Below the pieces are notes generated by a model. That model saw only the letters and a list, made by a program, of their open reading frames with translations, ran no database searches and was not told the DNA's origin. Positions 22,030 through 32,500 of a stretch of DNA of 64,000 bases are shown in pieces (within the stretch, counting starts at the first letter, position 1; every line of letters begins with the position of its first letter). Position numbers and translations under genes: made by a program. The stretch is taken from contig CAWHAE010000012.1 in NCBI GenBank assembly GCA_963827235.1, forward strand, positions 1,056,001 through 1,120,000, in the 5' to 3' direction. This DNA is from an uncultured bacterium (lineage in GTDB: Bacteria; Chloroflexota; UBA5177; JANWHV01).

Positions 22030-22057
22030 TATCAATAACATACGTATGTTATTGATA
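22030..22057. promoter_or_regulatory. Perfect 28-bp palindrome, probable operator of the AraR-like regulator
   Basis: TATCAATAACATAC|GTATGTTATTGATA, 20 bp upstream of the regulator start. Confidence 0.7.
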
Positions 22058-22101
22058 CGTAATGTCACCGGGCCACAGACTAGCACACTAGGAAACGTCT
22101 G

Positions 22102-24285
22102 TCAATACGTGGCGGTCAGGATGCGGTCGACGATCTGCTGGCGATACTCCTTTGACAGGCAGCGGAAGTAAGTACTGTACCCGGTCACCCGGACCACCAG
22201 GTCTGGATAGCGATCCGGATCCTCGTGCGCCTCCAGGATCTGCTCCTTGGACACCACGTTGATGTTGACCAGGGTGCCGCCCTGGGCGTTGTGACTCAAC
22301 AGGAGAGCCTCCACCGCCTCGATGCCACCGACCGCCTGAGCCACCTGGCGATCCAGGTCGATTTGCAGAGGCGCCGAGTTTCCATAACCCGGCTGCACGG
22401 CCGCCACGGCGTTGGACTTCGCGGAGGGTGCCGTGCCGCCGCCGGGAAGGAAGCCCGGATCTGGATCGGCGCTGTGGGATATTGCGGTGTATGCGTGGCG
22501 GCCGTTTGGCGTGGCGGGCAGCGTCTCGCCCAGCCAGTTGACCACGCCGTGCGAGAACAAGCCCGGAATGACGTTGAAGCCGTGCGCGGTGCGCGTGTCC
22601 TTCACGAGGTGTGTGAAGAGCTCCGAGATGCGCTTGGCCCAGCAGTCCGCCGGACTGCCTCCAGTGCCGAAGCGCGCGATGCTCTTCAGCGCCAGCCGGA
22701 TGTCCTCCGCGCCGGCGAAATCCGCGGCGAGCACCGCCGCCAGCTCCTCCCAGGTCAGCAGCTTCTCCTGGACGACTCGCTGCTCGACGGCGGCGAACGA
22801 GTCGGCGACGGTGGCCAATCCGACGCCATCGCAGGTCAGGTTTACCTGATCGGCGCCGCCGCCGGCAACGTCCAGGCCCCGCTCGACGGCGCCGTGGAAG
22901 AACAGGTTGTAAATGATCTCCGGCGAGTTCTTCGATTGGCGATCCATGTGCCAATCGAAGCCGATCTTGATCAGGTTCACCGATTCGGCAAGGTGGTGGG
23001 AGAAGCGATTCCAGAGCTCGTCCATAGTCCGGGGCGCGGCACCGTCGGCCAGTAGCTCGTCGAAGGCAAGCAGAAACGGCTTCACCAGGCAGAGGCGGGT
23101 GACGTCCTGCAGGCAGTACTCCAGGCCGGGCAGGGCCGTCCAGTTGCAGCCCACTTTGGCGCGCATGCGGGCGATGCCGAGCGGCACGCCGTTCTTCATG
23201 AATCCCTCGACGATTCCCTTGTCACACGAGTAGCCCGGCGCCGTGCCGTCCTCGAAGAGGTACTCGACCGACTTTCGCAGCAGGCTGCGATCCAGGCCGT
23301 CGTGCAGCCGGATGGCCAGGTTGGACGGAATCATCAGTCGGTGGACAGCCTCCAGAATGAGATACGAGACCGGACTGGTGAGGTCGCGCCCATCCGCTGG
23401 GGATGGACCGCCGATCTGGTAGTAGTGGGTGTCGTTGAAGAACAGACTGACCAGCGCCCAGACCACCGCCTCGTCGTCGCCGATGCTGGCTTCACGGTCC
23501 GCTTCATAGAACGGGCGCAGCAGCTCGTCGAGCTGACCTCCCGCGCCGCCGGTAAAGTACATGCGGTCGACCGACTGGAACCAGGCCAGGAACTGGCACG
23601 CTTCGCGCAGCGTTCGCGGCGCCCCTTCCACCAGCCACTCGTTCATGTCGGCGATCTCGGCCAGGTTGGCGCGCACGACGAGATCCGTCTCCTTGGCGGC
23701 CATCTCGCGCCCCAGTACGACGTGCCGGCGTATCCAGTCCTGGATGCCGAGCACGACCGCCTCCTCACCGTCGTAGAAGGCAGGGTCCACGGGCCGGTTG
23801 AGTGCGCGATAATGCCGGAGCTTGGCCAGTATGCCTCCCCAGCCGAGATCGAGGCCTATACGGAGGTCGCCGCCCACGTGGTTCATCGCTCCGATGCCCG
23901 GCATCAGAATGTGGTACTTCTCGTGCAGCGGTTTGAGGTGAAGCGGCCAGTCCTGCTTCGGCCAGCGGCCGACCCCATGGATCGAGTCAACCCAGGCTCC
24001 GGCCAGGGCGCTTTGCGGCAGTATGAAGGCGGGGTGCGCTTCCAGCCAGCGGCGGAAGTTCTCGCCGACGTCCCGAATGCCGAATACCTCGCCCGAAGGA
24101 CGGCTGCTCACGGGCGTGAAGTCCACCGGTGTCTCCCAGGGAATCCAGCCGTGATCGTCGTTGTCGTACGTGCCCTTCATGGCGATCTTGCGCGTCGTGA
24201 AGTCCCTCTTCGTCTGCCGAATCGTCAGAATCCACTCTCCATAGGGAATCTTCCTCTCGTCCACGTCGATACCTTTCCTGTTCAC
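22102..24285 (-). CDS. Glycyl radical enzyme (PFL-like family) of unknown specificity
   Basis: C-terminal Gly loop YPDLVVRVTGYS, Cys loop KVGCNW, ATPNGR. Translationally coupled to the activase. Confidence 0.9.
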   Translation of the reverse strand: MNRKGIDVDERKIPYGEWILTIRQTKRDFTTRKIAMKGTYDNDDHGWIPWETPVDFTPVSSRPSGEVFGIRDVGENFRRWLEAHPAFILPQSALAGAWVDSIHGVGRWPKQDWPLHLKPLHEKYHILMPGIGAMNHVGGDLRIGLDLGWGGILAKLRHYRALNRPVDPAFYDGEEAVVLGIQDWIRRHVVLGREMAAKETDLVVRANLAEIADMNEWLVEGAPRTLREACQFLAWFQSVDRMYFTGGAGGQLDELLRPFYEADREASIGDDEAVVWALVSLFFNDTHYYQIGGPSPADGRDLTSPVSYLILEAVHRLMIPSNLAIRLHDGLDRSLLRKSVEYLFEDGTAPGYSCDKGIVEGFMKNGVPLGIARMRAKVGCNWTALPGLEYCLQDVTRLCLVKPFLLAFDELLADGAAPRTMDELWNRFSHHLAESVNLIKIGFDWHMDRQSKNSPEIIYNLFFHGAVERGLDVAGGGADQVNLTCDGVGLATVADSFAAVEQRVVQEKLLTWEELAAVLAADFAGAEDIRLALKSIARFGTGGSPADCWAKRISELFTHLVKDTRTAHGFNVIPGLFSHGVVNWLGETLPATPNGRHAYTAISHSADPDPGFLPGGGTAPSAKSNAVAAVQPGYGNSAPLQIDLDRQVAQAVGGIEAVEALLLSHNAQGGTLVNINVVSKEQILEAHEDPDRYPDLVVRVTGYSTYFRCLSKEYRQQIVDRILTATY

Positions 24286-25178
24286 CGAACAGCCACGGCG
24301 CCGGCCGCCGCCGCCTGGCGCAGTTCCTGCATCTGCTCGCTGCCGGGAGCGGCCAACCCGTTCGCCAGCGTTTGTCTGCCCAGTCTTTCGGACTTATCCG
24401 CACCCAGGCGATGAAACGGCAGCAGCTCCCAATAGAGCACTCCCGGCATGTTCGCCACGAAGCCGGCTATGGCCTCGACGTCCTGCACGGTATCGTTGAC
24501 CCCGGGAACGATTGGCGTGCGCACGATGATCGGCACTGCCGACTCGCTCACGAAGCGGGCGTTCGCCAAGATTTTCGCGTTGCCGGCACCGGTCGCCTGG
24601 CGATGCTTCTCGGCATCCATGAGCTTGACGTCCATCATGACCAGATCGATCAGCGGCAGCAGCCTCTCCAGCGAGCTGCGCGGAACGTGCAGCGCGGTCT
24701 CCACTGCCGTGTGAATGCCCTCGGCCTTGCACTGCGTCAGCAGCTCCAGCACGAACTCCACTTGCAGCAGCGGCTCTCCGCCGGAGAGCGTCAGGCCGCC
24801 GCCCGAATGCTCGTACTCGGATCGGTCCTTGCGGATTTCCGTCATCGCCTCCTCGACGGACATGCGTCTGCCGACGTAGACGAGAGACTGAGCGAAACAG
24901 GTCCTGGCACAGCCACCGCACTCTCGGCAGCGATCGCGATGGAAGACTTTCGCCCCGTCGATGATCTCGTGCGCGCCGTGCGGGCACGCGTCGACGCAGC
25001 GCCCGCAGCCAATGCACAGGTCTGGAAACACCTCGAGCTCGGCGCTCGTGCGCCACGACTCCGGATTATGGCACCAGAAACAGTGCAGGCTGCAGCCTTT
25101 CAGGAACAAACAGGTCCGTATTCCCGGGCCGTCGTGAATGGAAAAACGCTGAATGTTGAATACTACACCCTCGTTCAC
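24282..25178 (-). CDS. Glycyl radical enzyme activating protein (radical SAM with ferredoxin-like insert)
   Basis: IQRFSIHDGPGIRT, CSLHCFWCHNPES, two CxxCxxCxxxC clusters, SGGEPLLQ, LLPFHRLG. Confidence 0.95.
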   Translation of the reverse strand: MNEGVVFNIQRFSIHDGPGIRTCLFLKGCSLHCFWCHNPESWRTSAELEVFPDLCIGCGRCVDACPHGAHEIIDGAKVFHRDRCRECGGCARTCFAQSLVYVGRRMSVEEAMTEIRKDRSEYEHSGGGLTLSGGEPLLQVEFVLELLTQCKAEGIHTAVETALHVPRSSLERLLPLIDLVMMDVKLMDAEKHRQATGAGNAKILANARFVSESAVPIIVRTPIVPGVNDTVQDVEAIAGFVANMPGVLYWELLPFHRLGADKSERLGRQTLANGLAAPGSEQMQELRQAAAAGAVAVR

Positions 25179-25280
25179 CAGGAGGCTCCTTGCCTGATCC
25201 GACTATTCCAGCCAGACTGTAGCAGGAGAGTGTAGCCCGGACAACGCCGTCTTTTGGAGGAAATGCGACGGATTCCTACC

Positions 25281-26171
25281 ATGCACTTCCTGCAATGTCC
25301 CTTTGACCCGCCACCAAGACTCTTGACCGCCGGCATGACGGTTGCCTCGCCTGGATGGCTCCATCCGAGGCGACGCCTGGACTCGTACGAGCTCCTCCTG
25401 GGTAAGAGGGGCTTGGTCTACGTCGACGAGGAGAGCGATGTCCTGGAGCTCCGTCCCGGCCGCCTGCTGATGCTGACCGCGGGACGGTTTCATGGCGGCA
25501 GCGTCCCGATCGAGGTCCTCTCCTCATTCTACTGGCTGCACTTCGCCAGCAGCGCGCCGCAGCAACTCCTCTCCGAGACCAAAGCGATGGCAATTCTGGC
25601 GAACCGCGAGGTATTCTCCCAGCGGCTGATCGCCTCGGCGCTGCTGCCGCAGGTATTGGACCTCAAGGACCCCGCGGCGGTGGAAGTGCTCTTCCGCGGC
25701 CTACTGCACGAGCAGCAAGAGCCCTGCTACACGCCGTACAAGCTGCAGCTTCTGCTGCACCTGATGCTGGTCGACATCACCACGATCGCGCTGAACCACT
25801 ATCAGGAGACCACTCGTGCCTCGACGACCAGCGGACTCGCCCATTCGGCAGTCGCCGACATCGCCAATCGCCTTACGGACCCGGATCTATCGGTCAAGTC
25901 CATAGCGAGCCGCCTGGAGCGCAACCCGGATTATCTGGGACGCGAGTTCAAGTCGTTGACCGGCGTCTCGGTGGGCGAGTATATCGTCCGCCAGCGGATC
26001 ATCCTGGCAGAGGATCTGCTCCGCAACGGCTCAGGTCACATTCCCGAGCTGGCCGAGCAATGCGGATTCAGCACCATCCGGCATTTCCAGCGGCAGTTTC
26101 ACCGTCTGACCGGCATGTCGCCGAGCGAATACCGCGCCCGGCAGCAGTCGATCTACATCACCACGCGGTAG
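25281..26171 (+). CDS. AraC-family transcriptional regulator
   Basis: Cupin-like N-terminus (FYWLHF) and C-terminal double HTH (LAEQCGFSTIRHFQRQFHRLTGMSPSEYR). Divergent from the GRE operon. Confidence 0.92.
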   Translation: MHFLQCPFDPPPRLLTAGMTVASPGWLHPRRRLDSYELLLGKRGLVYVDEESDVLELRPGRLLMLTAGRFHGGSVPIEVLSSFYWLHFASSAPQQLLSETKAMAILANREVFSQRLIASALLPQVLDLKDPAAVEVLFRGLLHEQQEPCYTPYKLQLLLHLMLVDITTIALNHYQETTRASTTSGLAHSAVADIANRLTDPDLSVKSIASRLERNPDYLGREFKSLTGVSVGEYIVRQRIILAEDLLRNGSGHIPELAEQCGFSTIRHFQRQFHRLTGMSPSEYRARQQSIYITTR

Positions 26172-26190
26172 CGGCGAGCCGCGCTACCGC

Positions 26191-27717
26191 TCAGCCATCC
26201 AGCAGCCGCGACTCTATCTCGCCCAGGCTGAGGTCACCGGGCATCGACCCGGTCTGATAGGGGACCACGGCGGCATGAAAAGCGCCGCCGCGGCCGTCGA
26301 CGATCGCGCGAGCATAGGCCGCCAGCGGCGTCCACAGACGGTCGATCGCCTGTGCCGGGCTGAGCGCGGCGACGGCGGCCACGGGCAGGCCCAGATGCTC
26401 ACACCAGAGCCTGAGCCGCAGGTCGCGCGCCAGGCCGGCGTCCACGATCTGGGCGTTGATCTCGCTGTCGCCCTCCATGCCGCGCCCGTTGAGGTTCGCC
26501 GAGCCCACGGTGCACCAGGCGTCGTCTACGATCGCCGTCTTGGCATGCACGTAGATCGGCTTGTACACCCAGCCCTTGCGCCTGTCTGGGCCGGCCGCGT
26601 AGAGCGAAAACACGCGCACGCGACCACGACCGCGATCCGCGGCCATGAGCGTGGTCACGTGCGTATCCGTATCGCCCTTGCCGATATTCGGGCGCGCGGG
26701 CAGCACCAGGACGATGCGGAAGTCGGGATCGGTCACCCGCTCCAGGGCCGCGATCAGCTCGGCTACTACGGCGGGCGCCCAAAGGTACTGGTTCTCGATG
26801 TAGATGAAGGAGCGTGCGTCGCGGAAGGCCTGCCGATAGGCCCAGGCGATTCCGAACTCGCCCCGCGGTGCGAAGTTGTAGTTGCCCACGGGAATGGTGC
26901 GTACGATCTGCACCGGCGCCTCGTCGGACTGGTCCGGCACGGCCGGTGCTTCCGGCTGGTCGATGTTCTGCCCGGTCACCGCCTGCCACCTCTGGACGAA
27001 GTTGCGCCCGACGTCCGCCGCCGCCTCGCCTTCCAGTCGCAGGCAGAGGTCATGCCAGTTGAGCCCGGTGCGCAGCGCGTGCTCCGTGGTGTCCCAACGG
27101 TCCACGTCGAAATCCGCCATGTCCAGTCCGCCGACAAAGGCGATCCGGCCGTCGACGATGATGGTCTTCTGGTGATGGCAGTGGGCAAAGCGGACATGAG
27201 AGTCAGTGATCCCGTTGACGCGCGGATTGGCCCGGCGCAGGCGATGGAGCCCACGGCGCGCAACCTGGGCGTGAGGGCGGAAGATCCGTGAGCCACTCCA
27301 GAGCAGCACGCGAACGTCCAGGTGCGTCGCCGCGGCGGTGAGCAGGTCGAAGACCCTGTAGCCCTGACCCTCGGCGCCCGAGGCGGGCGGCACCTTTTCC
27401 GTGTCGGCCCCCCGCACCAACGGCATATCGACCGACATGGCCCAGTCCACGAGCCATACCGAGTGCCTGGCCTGCTGGATGGCGGTCCAGGCACTGAAGA
27501 AGGTGTCCTGGCCGTCGATCAGAATGTCGACCTGCGTCCGTGGCCGTGGGGGAGTACCCTGGGGAAACCAGTGAGCGTCCGCGGTCCACCACTGCGAATC
27601 GGGCCGTGGACGCTCGGGCTCCGGGCCCCAGGTCTCGTAGTCTCGCCGTCCGGCCGATCCCGCACGATCCCGCACCATGCCCGCCACGCGCAGTGGACTC
27701 AACCGCCAGTCTGCCAC
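26191..27717 (-). CDS. Phospholipase D family protein with two HKD motifs, start uncertain
   Basis: HHQKTIIVDG and YVHAKTAIVDD...GSANLN. Also WHD and YIENQY. Confidence 0.9.
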   Translation of the reverse strand: MADWRLSPLRVAGMVRDRAGSAGRRDYETWGPEPERPRPDSQWWTADAHWFPQGTPPRPRTQVDILIDGQDTFFSAWTAIQQARHSVWLVDWAMSVDMPLVRGADTEKVPPASGAEGQGYRVFDLLTAAATHLDVRVLLWSGSRIFRPHAQVARRGLHRLRRANPRVNGITDSHVRFAHCHHQKTIIVDGRIAFVGGLDMADFDVDRWDTTEHALRTGLNWHDLCLRLEGEAAADVGRNFVQRWQAVTGQNIDQPEAPAVPDQSDEAPVQIVRTIPVGNYNFAPRGEFGIAWAYRQAFRDARSFIYIENQYLWAPAVVAELIAALERVTDPDFRIVLVLPARPNIGKGDTDTHVTTLMAADRGRGRVRVFSLYAAGPDRRKGWVYKPIYVHAKTAIVDDAWCTVGSANLNGRGMEGDSEINAQIVDAGLARDLRLRLWCEHLGLPVAAVAALSPAQAIDRLWTPLAAYARAIVDGRGGAFHAAVVPYQTGSMPGDLSLGEIESRLLDG

Positions 27718-28355
27718 GATCCCTCCCGAACAAGCATACGGGCGCCGCCCGTGCGGCACTCAACCCCACCGATCAGCATGGTACCCGGCCGTCGACAAGC
27801 GATCCGTGCCCGATCCCGGTCCCTGGTGGGAAGCTCTAGGAACTCGCGCAGCAGATCCTGCAGGCTGCTCGTCGCGCAAAGGTCAGAATAACCGACTTGC
27901 TTCTTCGAGCGTGGCCTTCTGCTCGACGGCGAGATCTCGGGCTCCGGCAGCGGCTAGACCAGACGCAGCACGGTTCGGCGACGGCCGAACCGGCGAGCAG
28001 CGCCGGCAGCCTGACCGCGGAGCCGTGATCAATGGCGAGCGCGCGGCACTCGATGGCTCTCGAGCATGGGCGCCAGCGCTGGGAGATAGGATGAGCGACA
28101 ACATCGCTCGAATCCTTCCGGATCGAATGTGTCTGGACTTCGCTGCAGAGTGCCGAGAGAGGGCAGTACAATGCCCATAGCGGGGCGGCGCGCCATGGCC
28201 ACGAAGTTGCGAACGCTTTCGCCGAGAGTCTTGCATCCGGCCGGCAATCGTGGTGACCGCGCGGACTGAGGCGCAGTCCAGGATCTGTCTGTCGGCGGGT
28301 TTGGGGTGATCCGCGCACTCGCGGCCGGCTCTCGTGCCGGGATGGGAGAAGCCCG

Positions 28356-28916
28356 ATGGCCAACCACCGCTGTCCCTGGTGGGCCGGCACCCTGCTGGCG
28401 AACCCGGTGCGCCGCCTGTTGCAGGACCCCGCCAGGATTCTCAGGCCTTACGTGCGGCCGGGCATGACGGTCCTCGAGCCGGGCCCGGGCATGGGATTCT
28501 TCACGCTGGAGCTGGCCCGGCTGGCCGGGCCGTCCGGTCGCGTGGTCGCCATCGACGTGCAGCCTCAGATGCTCGAAGGACTCAAGCGCAGGGCCGCGAA
28601 GGCCGGGCTGGCGGAACGGGTCGAGGCGCGCCGGGCCCAGCCGCAATCCCTCGGCGTCGGCGATCTCGCCGGGCAGGTGGATTTCGTGCTGGTGTTTGCC
28701 ATGCTGCACGAGATGCCAAGCGCTGCCGCGTTCTTTGCCGAGGCCGGACAGGCGATGAAGCCGGGGGCGATCCTCCTGCTCGCCGAGCCAAGCGGTCACG
28801 TCAATGCCGAGCGTTTTGCGGCAGAGCTCGCGGAAGCCGGAAAAGCCGGATTCAGCGCGGTCGAGCGTCCGGGTGTCCGCTGGAGCCACGCCGCGGTGCT
28901 GCGGAAGCAGGCATAG
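28356..28916 (+). CDS. Class I SAM-dependent methyltransferase
   Basis: HRCPWW N-terminus, VLEPGPGMGFF, VVAIDVQ, MKPGAILLLAEP. Confidence 0.9.
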   Translation: MANHRCPWWAGTLLANPVRRLLQDPARILRPYVRPGMTVLEPGPGMGFFTLELARLAGPSGRVVAIDVQPQMLEGLKRRAAKAGLAERVEARRAQPQSLGVGDLAGQVDFVLVFAMLHEMPSAAAFFAEAGQAMKPGAILLLAEPSGHVNAERFAAELAEAGKAGFSAVERPGVRWSHAAVLRKQA

Positions 28917-29252
28917 ACCGTCGCCTGCGACCTTCGGCGCGATCGGAACCGACCTTCCGCGCTGCCGCGGCGGGAAGTCACAGCTATGGCGGCAGGCTGC
29001 GGAGGCACGCCGGGGAAGCCATGCTTAGGGGGCTGCCTCGGGGCTGCGTTTCACGGGTCGATGCATCGGCTATCTGTCCGACCGGTCAGATGGCGGTGGC
29101 GTGCGCGCCCGGCTGGTCATCCGCAGAGCGCCGATGTCGGCAGGGTCGCCTATCAGAATGAGCGCCGGACGGTCCAGGACCGCCTCCGCCATGGTCAGCG
29201 CATCGATGGTTGCATCCCCGACGTTCGCGGCGGCAAGCAGCCGACCTGCTTC

Positions 29253-29396
29253 GCGTGCAACTGCGTAGCACGACTTGCGCGGTTGAGGGTCTGTGCCCAC
29301 ATTCTTCTCGGGTGTGCGCTTGGCCGGATACCTTGAGATGGGGCGCAGATGGGGGACAAATCCAACAAACTGCGCAAGCCGTCGTGATGTGATACC
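29253..29396. repeat. Copy 1 of a diverged ~145-bp direct repeat flanking the signalling island
   Basis: Colinear with 40415-40559: GCGTGCAACTGCGTA..ACTTRCGCGGTTGMGGGTCTGTGCYCA ... GATGGGGGAC ... CAAAYTGCGCAA. Confidence 0.8.
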
Positions 29397-29537
29397 GGCT
29401 CGGTGATTGCGGACGCGCCGAGCCTGCAGTATGATCGCACGGCTGGTGGCGCCGGGCGTGCAGAGCACTGCGCGGCGACACGGCGCATCGGCGAGCAGGC
29501 TGATGGCCGCACCGGCGGCCGGAACGGCAGGTGCGGC

Positions 29538-32500
29538 ATGGCAGGGGAGTACCTTACCGCCAGTCAGGCGGCCAAGTTCCTCGGGGTGTCGAGAGGCACC
29601 GTGCTCAACGCCGTGGACGCCGGTGAGCTCAAGGCGGTCTACCGCATGCCGGGTGGCGCTTACCGCTTCGTGCTGCCCGACGTGGAGCGCTACGCGCAGT
29701 GGCGCGCGGTCAAGCACGAAGTCGAAGCGCAGGCCCGCGCGGCGGTTCGCCTGCAGGCCCGGCAGGCGGTGTCCGGCAGAGGAGCGCCGATTGATGCACT
29801 GCTCGAACGGCTCGCGGACCTGCCAAGGGAAGGTAAGGGCGACGCCGGCGCGGAGATTGCCGATATTCTCGCCCTGCTGGCAGACAGCCTGCAGGTGGGA
29901 GCCACCCTCGTCGCGTGCTGCGAAGACGGTCACTGGCCGATTGTCTATGTCCATGACCGCGTGGGCATGGCGGTGCGCGCGGGCACGTCGCTGCCCTGGG
30001 ACGAGGTCTTCACCCTCGCGTTCGACGGCGGCCCTCCCACTTCGCTGATCGTGGAAGACGTGCGCACGGATGCGCGGCTCTCCCAACCGGCCGACCTGCC
30101 GCCCTGGCGGGCGGGCACCTTGACCGCGGTGTCCCTGCACCGTGCCGGCGGGCTGCTCTACGGAGCGCTCTGCACGCTGCATCCGTCGACCCGGCCCGTG
30201 CCCACTGGCGAGCCGGCGCTGCTGCGCCTGGCCGGTCGCATGGTCGTGCAGGCGGTGGAAACGGCGACCTTGCGCGAGAGGGAGCGCCGGGAGGCGCAGC
30301 GGGCCGGGCGGCTGGCCGCCATCGTGGAGCAGTCCGGCGATGCCATCTTCCGCATATCGGCCTCCGGCCTGATCGAGACCTGGAACGCAGGCGCGACCCG
30401 GCTGTACGGCTACAGCGCCGAGGAGGCGGTTGACCGGAGTATCAGCATGCTGGCACCCGTCGATCGCGCCGGCGAGCAACCCGGCATGCTGCACCGGCTG
30501 ATGCACGGCGCGGACGTCCTCGACTTCGAGACGGTGCGGCTGCGCAAGGACGGCAGCACCGTGGACGTCTTGCTGACCATTTCGGGGATACGCGACGACG
30601 CCGGCAGGCTGATCGCCGCCTCGGCGATTACCCGGGACATCGGCGACCGGCTGCGCGTCCGCCGTGCGGAGCGGGAGGAGGCGGAGGAGGCGCAGGCCGT
30701 GGCAGCGCTGGGCGCCGCCCTGGCCGGCTCGCTGGATCTGCCTGAGCTGTACCAGGCTATCCTGGACCAAGCGGCACGGCTGCTCCCGTATGACCTTGCC
30801 AGTATCGTGCAGTACGAGGACCGATGGGCGGTGGTCGTCGCCAGCGCCGGCCCGCGCAAGGTCGCAGCGGGCAGCCGCTTCTACCGGCGGCCGGAGAGCG
30901 ACCCGTTCTGGACGGTGGCACCCGGCTGCGCCACGTACGTGCCTGACACCGCTCAGGAGCCTGCCTGGCAGGGCGTCGATCCCGGGGCAGGCGGGCTTGG
31001 GCTGCGCAGCATCGTGCACGTGCCGCTCGTCCTGCGCAGCGGCACAGTCGGGTGCCTGGGCATCGCCAGCCTCCGGCCGGTATGCTACTCCGAGCGCCAG
31101 ATCCGCCTGGCAGTCAGCCTTGGCGGCTTCGCGGCGCAGGCCCTGGGCAATGCGCAGCTCTATGCCGCGGAGCAGGCACGAGCGCGAGTGGCTGAGCAGC
31201 TCGCGGGGCTGCAACGGGAGCAAGCGCAGGAAGCCCAGGTCATGGCCGCCCTCAGCGCGGCGCTGGCCGGAACGCTCGACAGCGCGGAAGTGTACCGCGT
31301 GATCCTGGAGGAAGCCGCTCGTCTGCTACCCTTCCACGTGGCGGACATCTTCCTCTACGACGAGGGGTGGGCAGTGGTTGCGGCCAGTGCCGGCGACCAG
31401 CCGCTGGCCGGCGGCGCGCATCATATGCAGCTGGATGGAGGCGATCCCTGCTGGCTCCCGCCGTCCGGCGACGTCAGCTACCTGCCGGACACCGACGAGG
31501 AGCCGCTCTGGCGCCATATCGCGCCGCGCGTGGGCGACTATCGCATCCGCAGTCACGTCTCGATGCCGCTCGTGCTCGAGGGCGTGCAGGTCGGCTGCTT
31601 TGCCGTCGGCAGCTACAGTCCGCACGCCTATACAGACGATCACCTGCGCCTGGCCCGTGTCTTCGGCGAGCGGGCGGCACAGGCGCTGCGCAACGCCCGG
31701 CTGCACGAGAGCGAGCGGGAGCGGGCGCGGCTGGCCGAGGAGCGGGCACGGTTGCAGGCCGCCGAGGTCGCGAAGGCCGGGCAATTGGCGGCGCTGCAGG
31801 AGGTCACGGCAGGGCTGGCCGTGGTGCGTACCCCCGAAGAGATCGCCGGCCGGGTGATGAGCGTGGCGGCGCGGCTGCTTGGCGCCGTCGCCGGCACCGT
31901 CCGCCTGCTGAGTGGCGACGGGGCCTGGCTGGAGCGCGTGCACGGCGACGACGAGTCGTATCTCGTCCGCCCCGTTGTCGAGCGTATGGCCATGGACAAC
32001 CGTAACGCCATAGCCGACGCGGTGATCCAGGACAAGGCGATCGTGGTCGAGTCGCCCGAGGAGCAACTTGCACGGTATCCGGAATTCGCGCCGGTCAGGT
32101 TCGCGCATGGAATCAGGGCATACGTGGCCCTGCCGCTCAGGGTCGAGACGCACGTGATCGGCGCGCTCAGCTTCGGCTTCGCGCAGCCGCGAGCGATTAC
32201 CGCCGGAGAGCGGGACTTCATCGCGGCCGTGGCCGCCTTGACGGGGCAGGCGCTCGAACGCGCGCGGCTTTACGTGATGGAACGGGAGCGAGCGGAGGCC
32301 GCCGAGGAGCTGGTGCGGATGAGGGAAGCCGCCGACGCGGCCGTTCGCACGCTCTCACGCGCGGTGGAGCAGAGCCCGGCCAGCGTGCTGATCACCGATC
32401 CCGACGGTTCCATCGTGTACGTCAACCCGACTTTCTGCCGGCTGACCGGCTATGCAGCCGAAGAGGTCGTGGGCCAGAACCCGCGTGTGCTCAAGACGGG

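Noticed and set aside
22030-22057. 28-bp palindrome as a second dif site
   Set aside because: It lacks the CATAA-N6-TTATG core, has a symmetric centre and sits at a regulator promoter.
27780-28340. Possible AraC C-terminal remnant (ATLEEA / QVGYSD / LLREFL) on the minus strand
   Set aside because: Too short and split across frames to support a call.
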